From an uncultured bacterium (GTDB lineage: Bacteria; Patescibacteriota; Dojkabacteria; J137): DNA of 64,000 bases. The notes below the pieces were generated by a model, which saw only the letters and a program-made list of their open reading frames with translations, was not told where the DNA came from and searched no databases. Position 1 is the first letter of the stretch. The number at the start of each line of letters is the position of its first letter. Shown here in pieces: positions 27,795-37,900 of the stretch. The stretch spans positions 1,064,690 to 1,128,689 of the forward strand of contig OY969472.1 of assembly GCA_963700155.1 (NCBI GenBank), written 5' to 3'. A program made the translations under genes and the position numbers.

Positions 27795-27930
27795 TATGAC
27801 TTTGAAGTTCTTTGGCAAGACTGAGTCATACAAACTAAATAAAGCTGTCTCAAGAAGTTGAGAAATTAAGGTGGAACCGCGGGAAACCGTCCTTAAAATA
27901 TAATAATTTATATTTTGAGGACGGTTTTTT
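27795..27930 (+). ncRNA. T-box riboswitch (Gly, GGC specifier), transcriptional, ultrashort Stem I
   Basis: T-box AATTAAGGTGGAACCGCG, antiterminator AAGG-TGGAACC-GCGG-GAAA-CCGT-CCTT, terminator with U tract, Stem III TCTCAA/TTGAGA, K-turn Stem I with GGC. Confidence 0.88.
27885..27930 (+). terminator. Intrinsic terminator of the T-box
   Basis: AACCGTCCTTAAAATATA...TATATTTTGAGGACGGTT followed by a T run. Confidence 0.88.
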
Positions 27931-27988
27931 ATTTTTAAAATTTGGTATCCATATATAAGAATTATTCAATAGTTTTTAGTTAGAATTT

Positions 27989-28741
27989 ATGAAAACAGTA
28001 AAAGATTTTTTTAAGGAAGTTAAAGATAAGCCTTCTGTAACTGATGCATACGTACTATATTTAAAAGGTATAGAACAAACTGGTGGTGAATATCCTGAAG
28101 TATATTTAAGTGGAGCATTAACTAGTGGTGGGTTTAGAAGGGATGAAAAATTAAGTTGGGATGAAGGATTTATTAAAAATGCTGAGCTATCTGCACAAAT
28201 AAGGAAAGCTTTATACGTATATAACTTATTGGATAAAAATAAGTTAATATTCTTCCCTGGAGATACAGCTACTTTCAATGGTTGGCATCAATTCGAATTT
28301 AATCTTTTTTTTGGATTAACTATAATAAATATAACAAATATTGAAGATGTCAATAATTTAGTGGAGACAGCCAAAAAAGTTGTCGATATGTACGGATTTG
28401 TTAATGATAGAGCTACACGTGACGATCGAATCCATAGTTATAAGAGTCTTTTAGATTTTTTTGAAAATTATATTAAAGAAAATGATATCGAGATTCAACC
28501 AGTCAAAGAGATTATTCAGATATTAGATAATGATATGTCACTTGGAGCTTGGTACGAGGTAGAACTGGCTAAATATTTTAGAGCAAGAGTTTTAAGAGTT
28601 AAGGTTAATACTAAATATAATTCAAATGATTCACTAATTTCAGATATTATAAGTAAGGTTGATTCACTAAAGGTACTTGATGTTGATTTCTTTGATGGTA
28701 ATTCTGAACAAAGCAAACCTATTTATTTAGTAGAAATATGA
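27989..28741 (+). CDS. Nucleoside 2-deoxyribosyltransferase-like / DUF4406-like protein
   Basis: VYLSGALTSGG at the N-terminus and SLGAWYEVELAK near the C-terminus. Confidence 0.55.
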   Translation: MKTVKDFFKEVKDKPSVTDAYVLYLKGIEQTGGEYPEVYLSGALTSGGFRRDEKLSWDEGFIKNAELSAQIRKALYVYNLLDKNKLIFFPGDTATFNGWHQFEFNLFFGLTIINITNIEDVNNLVETAKKVVDMYGFVNDRATRDDRIHSYKSLLDFFENYIKENDIEIQPVKEIIQILDNDMSLGAWYEVELAKYFRARVLRVKVNTKYNSNDSLISDIISKVDSLKVLDVDFFDGNSEQSKPIYLVEI

Positions 28742-28839
28742 AATTATAAAAAATTGATTTCAAAATAAGCTTTATACCTAAATGTATATTTTCAAACTGA
28801 TTTGCATTAAACTTTTATTATAAATTTTAAATATTAAAT

Positions 28840-30225
28840 ATGAATACTGAAATTACTTTAGAAAAAATCGTTGCATGGTCAAAAAGACGAGGTTTTATTT
28901 TCCCATCTTCAGAAATTTATGGTGGGATGGCAAATGTCTATGATTTTGGACCTTACGGAACATTATTAAAAGAAAATTTAAGAAATTTATGGCTAAAGAA
29001 TTTTGTTTACGATCGTGAAGATATTTATGCAATTGATAGTAGCGTTATTTTAAACCCAAAAGTGTGGGAAGCAAGTGGACATACAACTAGTTTTGCTGAT
29101 GTAATGGTTGAGGATAAAGTAAGTCATAAACGATTTAGAGCTGATCATATTATAGAAGACTATTATCTAAGAAGAAATCAAGATGTGAAAGTAGACGGTA
29201 AAACACCAGAAGAATTAGCAGAAATAATTAAAGAAAATAATATTAAATCTCCTGATGGTAACGAACTTACTGAGCCAAAAAGATTTAACCAGCTTTTCCA
29301 GACTGAAGTCGGAATTATTGCTGGAGAAAAAAATAAAACATATCTTAGAGGAGAAATTGCACAAGGTTTGTTTATGAATTTTAAAAACATTCTTGACTCA
29401 TTACATCCTAAACTACCTTTTGGAATTGGTCAGGCTGGGAAAGCTTTTAGAAACGAAATAACAATGGGGAAGTTCACTTTTAGAACTTTGGAATTTGATT
29501 TAATGGAGTTTGAATACTTTTTTGACAAAGATAAGCAAAATTGGAAAGAATTATTTGAATATTGGAAAGATCAAATGAATAAATTTGCAGAAATTATTGG
29601 ATTAGAAAAAGAAAATTTAAGATGGAGGGAACATGAAGATTTTGAACGATCGCATTACTCCACTAGAACTGAAGATTTAGAGTATAAATTTCCGTGGGGA
29701 TTCAAGGAAATGTGGGGATTAGCATATAGAACAGATTATGATTTAAAAAATCATCAGGAAAAATCCGGAAAAGATTTAAGATACACATATCCCGATGGTA
29801 AAAAGATACTACCACATGTAATTGAACCAACCTTTGGTTTATCAAGATTGATAACAGTTTTAGTATTTGATTCATACAGAGAGGAAGAAGTTAATAGTAA
29901 AACAAGAGTGTATTTAAAATTCAAACCATCTATTGCTCCAATAAAATTTGCGGTTTTTCCTTTACAAAAAGACGAAAAACTTAGAGAGTTCGCAAAAAAT
30001 TTATACACTGATTTAAGAAAAGATTTTATTGGTGAATTTGATGATTCAGGTAATATTGGGAAAATGTACAGAAAGCAGGATGAAATTGGAACACCTTTTT
30101 GTATAACTGTAGATTATGAAAGTTTGAATGATAAAGCGGTAACAATTAGAGACAGGGATACTATGCAGCAAGAAAGAATTTCAATTGATAAATTGAAAGA
30201 TTATATTAAAACAAATTTAAAATAA
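28840..30225 (+). CDS. glyQS: Glycine--tRNA ligase, alpha2 type
   Basis: KRRGFIFPSSEIYGG, YLRGEIAQG, GKAFRNEIT, PHVIEPTFG, YRKQDEIGTPFC. Confidence 0.97.
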   Translation: MNTEITLEKIVAWSKRRGFIFPSSEIYGGMANVYDFGPYGTLLKENLRNLWLKNFVYDREDIYAIDSSVILNPKVWEASGHTTSFADVMVEDKVSHKRFRADHIIEDYYLRRNQDVKVDGKTPEELAEIIKENNIKSPDGNELTEPKRFNQLFQTEVGIIAGEKNKTYLRGEIAQGLFMNFKNILDSLHPKLPFGIGQAGKAFRNEITMGKFTFRTLEFDLMEFEYFFDKDKQNWKELFEYWKDQMNKFAEIIGLEKENLRWREHEDFERSHYSTRTEDLEYKFPWGFKEMWGLAYRTDYDLKNHQEKSGKDLRYTYPDGKKILPHVIEPTFGLSRLITVLVFDSYREEEVNSKTRVYLKFKPSIAPIKFAVFPLQKDEKLREFAKNLYTDLRKDFIGEFDDSGNIGKMYRKQDEIGTPFCITVDYESLNDKAVTIRDRDTMQQERISIDKLKDYIKTNLK

Positions 30226-30238
30226 TAAACTAAGAAGT

Positions 30239-31285
30239 TTAGTTAATCGTAAGTCTATACTTTGTACCTCTTCCTTGGCCTTCAATCTTAACTAGTTTTT
30301 TTCTTACAAGATCATTAAGGTCTCTAAATGCAGTCATTGTAGAAACTTCCATCATATGACAATAATCTTCACGTTTAATAGAAGGTACTGTTTGTAGGTA
30401 TCGTAAAACTTTAAGTTGTCTCTTATTTAAGTCTAAAAATGGTTGACTCTTTGATGTTTCCTCTTCTTTAATGAATTCTGAAATATTTTCTCTGGTTTCT
30501 AATTGTTCTTGTGTCAAGGTTTGTGTAAAAACTTCAAGCCAATTTGATATTTCAAAATTAGTTCGACTTATATTGTAAGCTTCTATTAATTTCTGCTCGT
30601 TATTATCAAAATTTCTTACTATAGAAGTAAAAACTCGGTATGATAGATTATTCTTATATAATAGATAATTTGCCAATGCAATTATTGTTACCTTATTTCC
30701 CGCAATAAATGGGTATAATTCAATTATTCTATAAATAAAAACACCAATCCTAATAATTGGAGTGACAGTTGGTGTTACATCTCGATACCACTGAATTACT
30801 TCGATAACCTCCTGTTCTAATCTTGCTGAATCTATATCTTTATCCCTTAACTCACTCCAATTATCAGTTGTAGTATCAATTTCATCACTAATATTTCTAA
30901 ACCTTGCTTCCCAATTTTCTTTCCAATCAGAAACAATCATTTTATGAATATGATTTACAATACTTAAATCTATTTCTGAATAACTCTCTGAAGCATTTGA
31001 TTGCGTAAAATCTATGAGATGTTTGAAATTAATTAATATTTGAAGTTTTATTGGATCAATACTTTCAATTGTCATTCCTGTGCTAAGCTTTTCAGCATCT
31101 TTTAAAGTTATTTCAACTCCTAAAATATGTGCTAAATGAAACATATCATATATTTTTGTTGAAAGATTCATTTTAAATTTAGAATCTTGTGATAAATCAA
31201 TATCTTGAAGTGTAGTTTTATAGTTTTCTAGTCTAACAAGTTCTGTAACTAGTTTATCAGTATATTTAAATTGAGGTTGATACAT
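30239..31285 (-). CDS. Fic-domain protein with degenerate motif and C-terminal DeoR-like HTH
   Basis: MYQPQFKYT start; LYPFIAGNKVT in place of HPFxxGNGR; STMTAFRDLNDL...GQGRGTKY. Confidence 0.82.
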   Translation of the reverse strand: MYQPQFKYTDKLVTELVRLENYKTTLQDIDLSQDSKFKMNLSTKIYDMFHLAHILGVEITLKDAEKLSTGMTIESIDPIKLQILINFKHLIDFTQSNASESYSEIDLSIVNHIHKMIVSDWKENWEARFRNISDEIDTTTDNWSELRDKDIDSARLEQEVIEVIQWYRDVTPTVTPIIRIGVFIYRIIELYPFIAGNKVTIIALANYLLYKNNLSYRVFTSIVRNFDNNEQKLIEAYNISRTNFEISNWLEVFTQTLTQEQLETRENISEFIKEEETSKSQPFLDLNKRQLKVLRYLQTVPSIKREDYCHMMEVSTMTAFRDLNDLVRKKLVKIEGQGRGTKYRLTIN

Positions 31286-31394
31286 ATTAGAGATGATAAT
31301 ACATAAGTGATATTTAAATAATACTATAATGTTACGAAAAAGCAAAAAAATTAATTTAAGAATCACTATATGCTATATTCACTAAGTATAAAGT

Positions 31395-31467
31395 GCTGGC
31401 TTAGCTCAAATGGTAGAGCAACGGTATCGTAAACCGTAGGTTGTGAGTTCGATTCTCACAGCCAGCT
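31395..31467 (+). tRNA. tRNA-Thr(CGT)
   Basis: Acceptor GCTGGCT/AGCCAGC, ACGGT-ATCGTAA-ACCGT, T-loop TTCGATT. Confidence 0.93.
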
Positions 31468-31489
31468 AATTAACTATTAATTCATAATT

Positions 31490-32614
31490 TTGGATTCATA
31501 TTTACACAAAAAAAGTGAAGACAAAATTTCAGAATACATAAAAATAATTTCTGTTCAGTTAGATATTAATTTAAAATTACTAGAGTCAATGATTAGTAAA
31601 TTTTTAATATCTGAAATACCTTCATTAAGTTATGAATATCAAACTGTCAATATTTATAATGAACAAAATAAACTAATTAAAATAAATTCATTAGAACTTC
31701 GAAATAAAATTAATATCTTGCTATTAGATATAAAAGATGTATCAAGCGAACAGTATGAACTTTATAATAATAAATTGTTTAAAATTTTTACTAAATTAGA
31801 TTTTGTTTCAAAAATAAATGATGAACTACTCATTCTTGAAGATTTGATTTTTTCAAGGCAACCAACTCAAAATCAAATATTACTTATTTTGAATGAAATT
31901 CAAAATTTTAACGACGAAGAGAATGATAGTTTTATTTCTAAAATATTTAGTTTAGTAGATGAATATCTATCAAAAAATAATTTTGAAATTGCACATATAA
32001 AAGTTACTTGGCAAAATTATTTATTAAATTATATTAAAAGTAATATTGAAAGAATATTTCAAGGTGATAAATCTTTGATTATTAATTTATCAATCGATGA
32101 TTTAGAAGAATTAATATATGAAAGTAATCTAATAGTAATCTTTTGTAATAAAATTGATATAGTTGAAATAAAAAAAATGTTAAAAAGTATAGTTTCAAGG
32201 AAATTAAAGTATATTAGGAAACAAGATGTTAAAGACGAAATAGATATCAACTTATTAGAAAGTTACTATAGTGAATTAAAAAGCGATTTATTAAATTACA
32301 ATCAAACTGTTTTAGTAGAAAAATTTAAACCTGAGTTTCTTGAATTAATTAATACTTTAGTAGATGAAGATGAATTACCAGATTATTATTTTTTATCTAG
32401 ATTAATAAAATTATCTAAAAATCTTTTATATTACAACGATCCAGATTCTTTAATTACTAAAAACATTGATAAAATTTTAAATATAATAATGTACTTTAAG
32501 AAGGAATATATTAAAAGACTTAGTAAAACAAAAAATAAAACTATAATATTCAAATATAGAAGTCATTTGGAGCAAATAGAAAATTTTCTAAATCTTTTAA
32601 ATAATGAAAACTAA
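31490..32614 (+). CDS. Hypothetical all-helical protein, very AT-rich
   Basis: 374-aa ORF with TTG start just after the tRNA. Confidence 0.6.
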   Translation: MDSYLHKKSEDKISEYIKIISVQLDINLKLLESMISKFLISEIPSLSYEYQTVNIYNEQNKLIKINSLELRNKINILLLDIKDVSSEQYELYNNKLFKIFTKLDFVSKINDELLILEDLIFSRQPTQNQILLILNEIQNFNDEENDSFISKIFSLVDEYLSKNNFEIAHIKVTWQNYLLNYIKSNIERIFQGDKSLIINLSIDDLEELIYESNLIVIFCNKIDIVEIKKMLKSIVSRKLKYIRKQDVKDEIDINLLESYYSELKSDLLNYNQTVLVEKFKPEFLELINTLVDEDELPDYYFLSRLIKLSKNLLYYNDPDSLITKNIDKILNIIMYFKKEYIKRLSKTKNKTIIFKYRSHLEQIENFLNLLNNEN

Positions 32615-32912
32615 CTTATTCGAACAAATAAAATTAAAAGTAAAAGAGATCCCCAGAGGAATGGTTTCAACTTATGGTGAAGTAGCAAGAGCTGTAGGGA
32701 TTAACGACGCAAGAAAAGTTGGTTGGGCTGTTTATGGTAATCAAGATAAGAATATCCCTTGTCATAGAATTGTAAACAAGGCGGGCTTTTTGGCTGAAAA
32801 ATTTTCATTAGGTGGATGGCAAGAACAAAAAGCCCGCCTTGAACCTGAAGACATTGAGTTCATTGAAGAAAAACGTGTTAATATGAAAAAACATTTTTAT
32901 CAGTTCAAGTGA
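32604..32912 (+). CDS. MGMT family (O6-alkylguanine alkyltransferase C-terminal domain) protein
   Basis: IPRGMVSTYGEVA, ARKVG, IPCHRIV. Confidence 0.9.
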   Translation: MKTNLFEQIKLKVKEIPRGMVSTYGEVARAVGINDARKVGWAVYGNQDKNIPCHRIVNKAGFLAEKFSLGGWQEQKARLEPEDIEFIEEKRVNMKKHFYQFK

Positions 32913-34288
32913 AGGTTAATTTAGCAATTCAAAGATTTATAATTCTAATTATATTTTACTTCCTCATCTCAGTAAGAGGTGATGGTTACTTTCCTTTTTC
33001 AGAAAATAGCGATCATAATATTTTACTTTTATTTCAGATATTTGTTGTTTTAATAAGTTTCTTTTTATTAATATTATTTTTTCAAAATAAAATATTAATA
33101 TCTTCAAAACTGTTTGAGTTCATAAAAAGACATCTGATTTTATTATTTCCTTTATTTACATTATTTTTAATTATCATAACTGATCTATATTTTTTAAAAA
33201 ATTATCTTAATTTTAAGAATTATTATAATTTTAATTATTTAGTTGTAATAATACTTTCTGTAATTTCGATCATATTTATATTTTATTGTGTATATAGTAG
33301 AAAAACTATATTAACTATTATTAGTATATTTAATTCAAGTTTTTTATTATCATTGATACCACTAATTTATTTTCCGATAAATTCTAAGATTGGTGATTTA
33401 ATACCAATTATTCAAAAGCAGTTAGAAGCTTTTTTAACAGGTCAAAATATTTATCAATTTTTTCTTCTTGATAATGGAGTCTTAACACAAGCTGTTAGAC
33501 AACCCGGTACAACTTTAAGTTATCTACCAGCTTATTTACTTAACATAGATTTAAGATTTATGGGAATATTTTTTACATTTTTAACCTGCTTTTTCTTATT
33601 AAAATTAATTTATAAAAATTTTAATGAAATTAAATTCGACTCTAAATTTTTGTTAATTTTAACGTTAATTTCGATAATATTACTATCTCCTTATAGACTA
33701 AATCGACTTGATGTTTATGAACCGGTTTTTTGGTTTTTGCTGACTTTAACAATCTATTTCTTAAAGACCAAAAAACTGGCACTAGCTTCACTAACATTTG
33801 GTATTGGTATCTTTACACAAGTTTGGTTTTGGTTGTTTTTTCCATTTTTTATCTACTATATTTTTAAAAAATACACTCTGAATAAAACTTTAAAGTGTAT
33901 TTCTATTATCATAATTTCTGGAGTTCTGCCTTTATCATTATTTATTTTTAGAGACTTTTCTGCTTATTATCAAAATGTTTTTGGTTATTATAATAATCTT
34001 GTTTCATTTAATGAGTTCAATTTATCATCGTTTTATTTAACTCCACTGATAATACAAAGTGGCTTAAAAAAACTTTTGTTATTCATTCAAGTTGTGTCAT
34101 CAGGTATAATTCTCTTTGGTTTTATTAGATCAAGAATTAATATAAAAACTTTGTTGATGTATCTTGGTCTAGTATTTTTTATTTTTATACAGTTTAATTC
34201 TTTGACTTGGAATTATATGTATTTAGATATTTTCGTTCTACTTATTATTTATTTATTTTTGAATTTAAAGATTGATGAGCAATTCTAG
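32909..34288 (+). CDS. Polytopic membrane protein, probable GT-C fold glycosyltransferase
   Basis: Many TM helices; loop GDLIPII...FLTGQNIY...YLPAYLL..DLRF. Confidence 0.55.
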   Translation: MKVNLAIQRFIILIIFYFLISVRGDGYFPFSENSDHNILLLFQIFVVLISFFLLILFFQNKILISSKLFEFIKRHLILLFPLFTLFLIIITDLYFLKNYLNFKNYYNFNYLVVIILSVISIIFIFYCVYSRKTILTIISIFNSSFLLSLIPLIYFPINSKIGDLIPIIQKQLEAFLTGQNIYQFFLLDNGVLTQAVRQPGTTLSYLPAYLLNIDLRFMGIFFTFLTCFFLLKLIYKNFNEIKFDSKFLLILTLISIILLSPYRLNRLDVYEPVFWFLLTLTIYFLKTKKLALASLTFGIGIFTQVWFWLFFPFFIYYIFKKYTLNKTLKCISIIIISGVLPLSLFIFRDFSAYYQNVFGYYNNLVSFNEFNLSSFYLTPLIIQSGLKKLLLFIQVVSSGIILFGFIRSRINIKTLLMYLGLVFFIFIQFNSLTWNYMYLDIFVLLIIYLFLNLKIDEQF

Positions 34289-34952
34289 TAATATACTAAA
34301 ACTATCAGGTGGGTTAGAAAAAGCTATCAATGCAGGATACTTTATTTGGAGTAATGAAGGAATTGATTGGATAGTCAAAACTATAATAGATGAATCTTGC
34401 ATTACAGTAGATCATATTGATTACAAAAAAATTTATGAAATATTTAATACTTATTATCCAATGAAATATGAGAGCTTTACTAGTAGTATGGCTGATCATG
34501 CAGAGGAAATAATATCTAGATTGCAAAGTTTAGGTATTAATGTAAAACAATATCCATATAAGCAATGGGATCATGAAGATCTGGATATACTTGTTAGCGT
34601 TATTATTAATTCTAACAGTATTAACCCAGATGGCAGTTTGAATTATAAAAAGCTAGTTTTAGCATACTCAGGTAAAAAGTCTGAGATTAATCTTAGAACT
34701 ATAGTAAAAAAATATTGGTCTTATATTGAAGGGGCAATTGAATGTCACGGAATTTGTGTTTATAGAACAAATAAAACTATAGATGATAAACAATTACTAC
34801 ATTTATCAAGAGTAGTCTCATTCAATGGTTATAGAGACTCTTCTGGAAGAATTTTATGGGGAAAAATTTCAAAGGAAATTTTTCCAGGGGTCTCTAAAGA
34901 ACAATTGCGTAGAGCTTATTATAATTATGTGAAAGTAGATTCTGAGCCATAA
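34272..34952 (+). CDS. Hypothetical protein with Myb/SANT-like repeats
   Basis: WSNEGIDWIV, WDHEDLDILV, ILWGKISKEIFPGVSKEQLRRAYYNYV. Confidence 0.5.
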   Translation: MMSNSSNILKLSGGLEKAINAGYFIWSNEGIDWIVKTIIDESCITVDHIDYKKIYEIFNTYYPMKYESFTSSMADHAEEIISRLQSLGINVKQYPYKQWDHEDLDILVSVIINSNSINPDGSLNYKKLVLAYSGKKSEINLRTIVKKYWSYIEGAIECHGICVYRTNKTIDDKQLLHLSRVVSFNGYRDSSGRILWGKISKEIFPGVSKEQLRRAYYNYVKVDSEP

Positions 34953-34996
34953 AACTTCTTTTACCTAATGGTATACTTGTTGCATAATATACTTCT

Positions 34997-37900
34997 ATGA
35001 TAGATTTAGACTTTTATATAAACAATTTAAATTTGGTTCAAAAAAAGGCCGTAGAAACTCTTCAGGGCCCTGTATTGGTTATAGCTGGACCAGGAACAGG
35101 TAAAACTCAGGTTTTAGCTTTAAGGATTGCAAATATAATTAAGCAGACTGACACATCACCTTCAAATATTTTATGTCTCACATTCACTGAATCAGGTGTA
35201 TCAGCAATGCGAAATCGTTTAATTAGTTTTATTGGTAAAGAAGCTTTTTATGTAAGAATTCATACTTTTCACAGTTTTTGCAATGAAGTAATTCAGATGT
35301 TTCCTGAAAAATTTGCTTTTGCTAGAGACTTAATTCAGCTAGATGATTTAAATAGATTAAAGGTGATTCAAAGCATTATAGATGAGTTAGATACCGAAAA
35401 AAAATACCAATTAAGACCTTTACATGATAAATATTTTTATCAGAACGAAATACTAAAACAAATTCAAACTTTAAAAAGAGAGGGAATCTCTGATGAGCAA
35501 CTTAATAAAGTTGCCAGAGATTCCCTCTCTGAATTAGAACAAAATGTTGAACTAAACAAGAGAACAGGGAAACCTACTTCTAAGTGGAACCTTGAGGTAA
35601 AAAATTATCAAAAATTAGTTGAGTTATCTGAGATCTATCATCAATATAATAAAAATTTAATTGAATCAGGGTTTTATGATTATGAAGATATGATTCTTTT
35701 TGTTAATAACAAGTTTTTAGAAGATGATGAGCTTTTAGCTTTCTACCAAGAAAAATTTTTATATATCCTTGTCGATGAATACCAAGATACTAACGGTTCT
35801 CAAAACCAATTACTGAAAACCTTGGGGAATTTTGATGAATCTCCGAATATATTTGCTGTTGGCGATGATGATCAAGCAATCTATAGATTCCAGGGCGGTA
35901 ATGTTGAAAATTTATTATTTTTTGAAAAACAGTTTAAAGATACTACTATTATACCAATAGATATCAATTATAGATCAAGTCAGCTTATATTAGATTTGGC
36001 ATCATCTTCAATTAAAAATAATAAAGCACGATTAGTTAATCTTATTCCTCATTTATCTAAAAATTTAAAAGCTGGTATTAAAATTCCAAACAACAAGACT
36101 GAAATTTATAGCTTTAGCCATTACGAAAATGAGAATAAATTTATTTCGCAAAAAATCAAAGAATTACATTCAAGTGGAGTAAACTATTCAGATATTGCAA
36201 TTTTTTATAGAAGACATAACGATTCAAATGATATAGTTGAAGCACTTTTAAAATCAGATATACCTATTAGATTAGCTGCAGGAAAGAATACACTTGATGA
36301 AATAGTCGTTCAAAAATTTATAAATCTTTTAAAAGTAATTTATCATCAAGATGAAAATCTTAACTTTATTTTGTTTGAAGTCTTATTTTATGAATTTTTA
36401 GGTTTAGAAAGAATCGATGTATTTAAATTAGTTAATTCATCTTCATTAAATAAAGAACCTTTATTCAACTTAATGCTAGATTTGGAGTACTTAAAAAAAA
36501 GTCATTATAAACAACCAGAAAAAATAAATAATCTTGCAAATAAGATTATAGAGTGGAGAGAAGCTGCATCAAACTTAACCTTAATGCAGTTTATTGAGAA
36601 AATTGCTGATGAATCAGGTTACCTAAATTCGATGTTTGATGGAGAAACGGATATTGAAGCGATTAATTCGATAAATTCATTATTTAGTTATATTAGAAAC
36701 ATTAATATGATTAATAAGAGACTAACTTTAAGAGAGTTTCTTGATGATATAAAACTTCTTGAGAAGAATAAACTTAATGTTGAAGAAAAGGAGCTTGATA
36801 TAAAAAAAGATGGTGTTAACTTAATGACAGCTCATAAATCTAAAGGGCTTGAATTTAAATATGTTTTTATTGCAAAATTTTATGATAAAAATTGGGGTGG
36901 AAATCGTTCTAGGAGCTTTATTAAAATACCTCTTGAAAAATTTCCATTATCAAATGTAAATGTAATCGAAAAAGTTGAAACTGATTTCGAAATTGAAGAT
37001 GAAAGACGTTTATTTTTTGTTGCATTAACAAGAGCAAAGGAACAAATATATATCACTTATGCAAAAATATACCCTTCAGGAAATACAACTAAGGAAGTCA
37101 GTCCAAGTCAATTTATATTTGAACTTGATAAAGACTTAATAACTAATATTGATACATCAAGTGAAGAAATTGAAGATTTAGAATATTTTAAGCAAAATTT
37201 AAATCCTTCAAGGCTAGCTTCACCTTACACAATTGAGGAAAAAGAGTATCTTAAATCAATTATTAAAGATTTTAAATTAAGTGCTACAGGACTTAAAGAT
37301 TATATAGAATGTCCTCTTAAATTTAAATTTACTCATCTTTTTAAAGTTCCTAAACCTATTCAAAGAAATGCTATATTAGGTTCAGCTGTTCATTTTGCAC
37401 TTGAAAATTACTTTAGATTATTAAAGAATAACGAAAAAAAAGATTTAAAATTTTTAATTGATAAATTTGATTATTATGTTAAAAAACAACTAATTGGTGA
37501 AGAAGACACTTCTTTAGTATTAACAGAAGGAAATAAAATTATTTCTGATTATTACGATCATTATAAAAATGAATTTATTCCTCCTCTTGAAGTTGAGTAT
37601 GCATTTAAAGGTAAAAATGTTGTATTTGAAATACCTGGGGAAGATCCAATTATAATTAAAGGAAGATTAGACAGAATTGATTGGATGGAAGATCAAAATA
37701 TTAAACAAAGAACTAATTTTGATATAAGAATTACAGATTATAAAGTAATGGTTCCACAGTCACAAAATTCAATAAAAGGCGGTACAAAATCTTCAAAAGG
37801 GTTGATTTTCAAACAGTTGATGTTTTATAAATTACTAGCTGATTCAGATCCATTATTTAGGCAAAATGTTTTATCACCTCGATATAATGTATCAGAAGTT

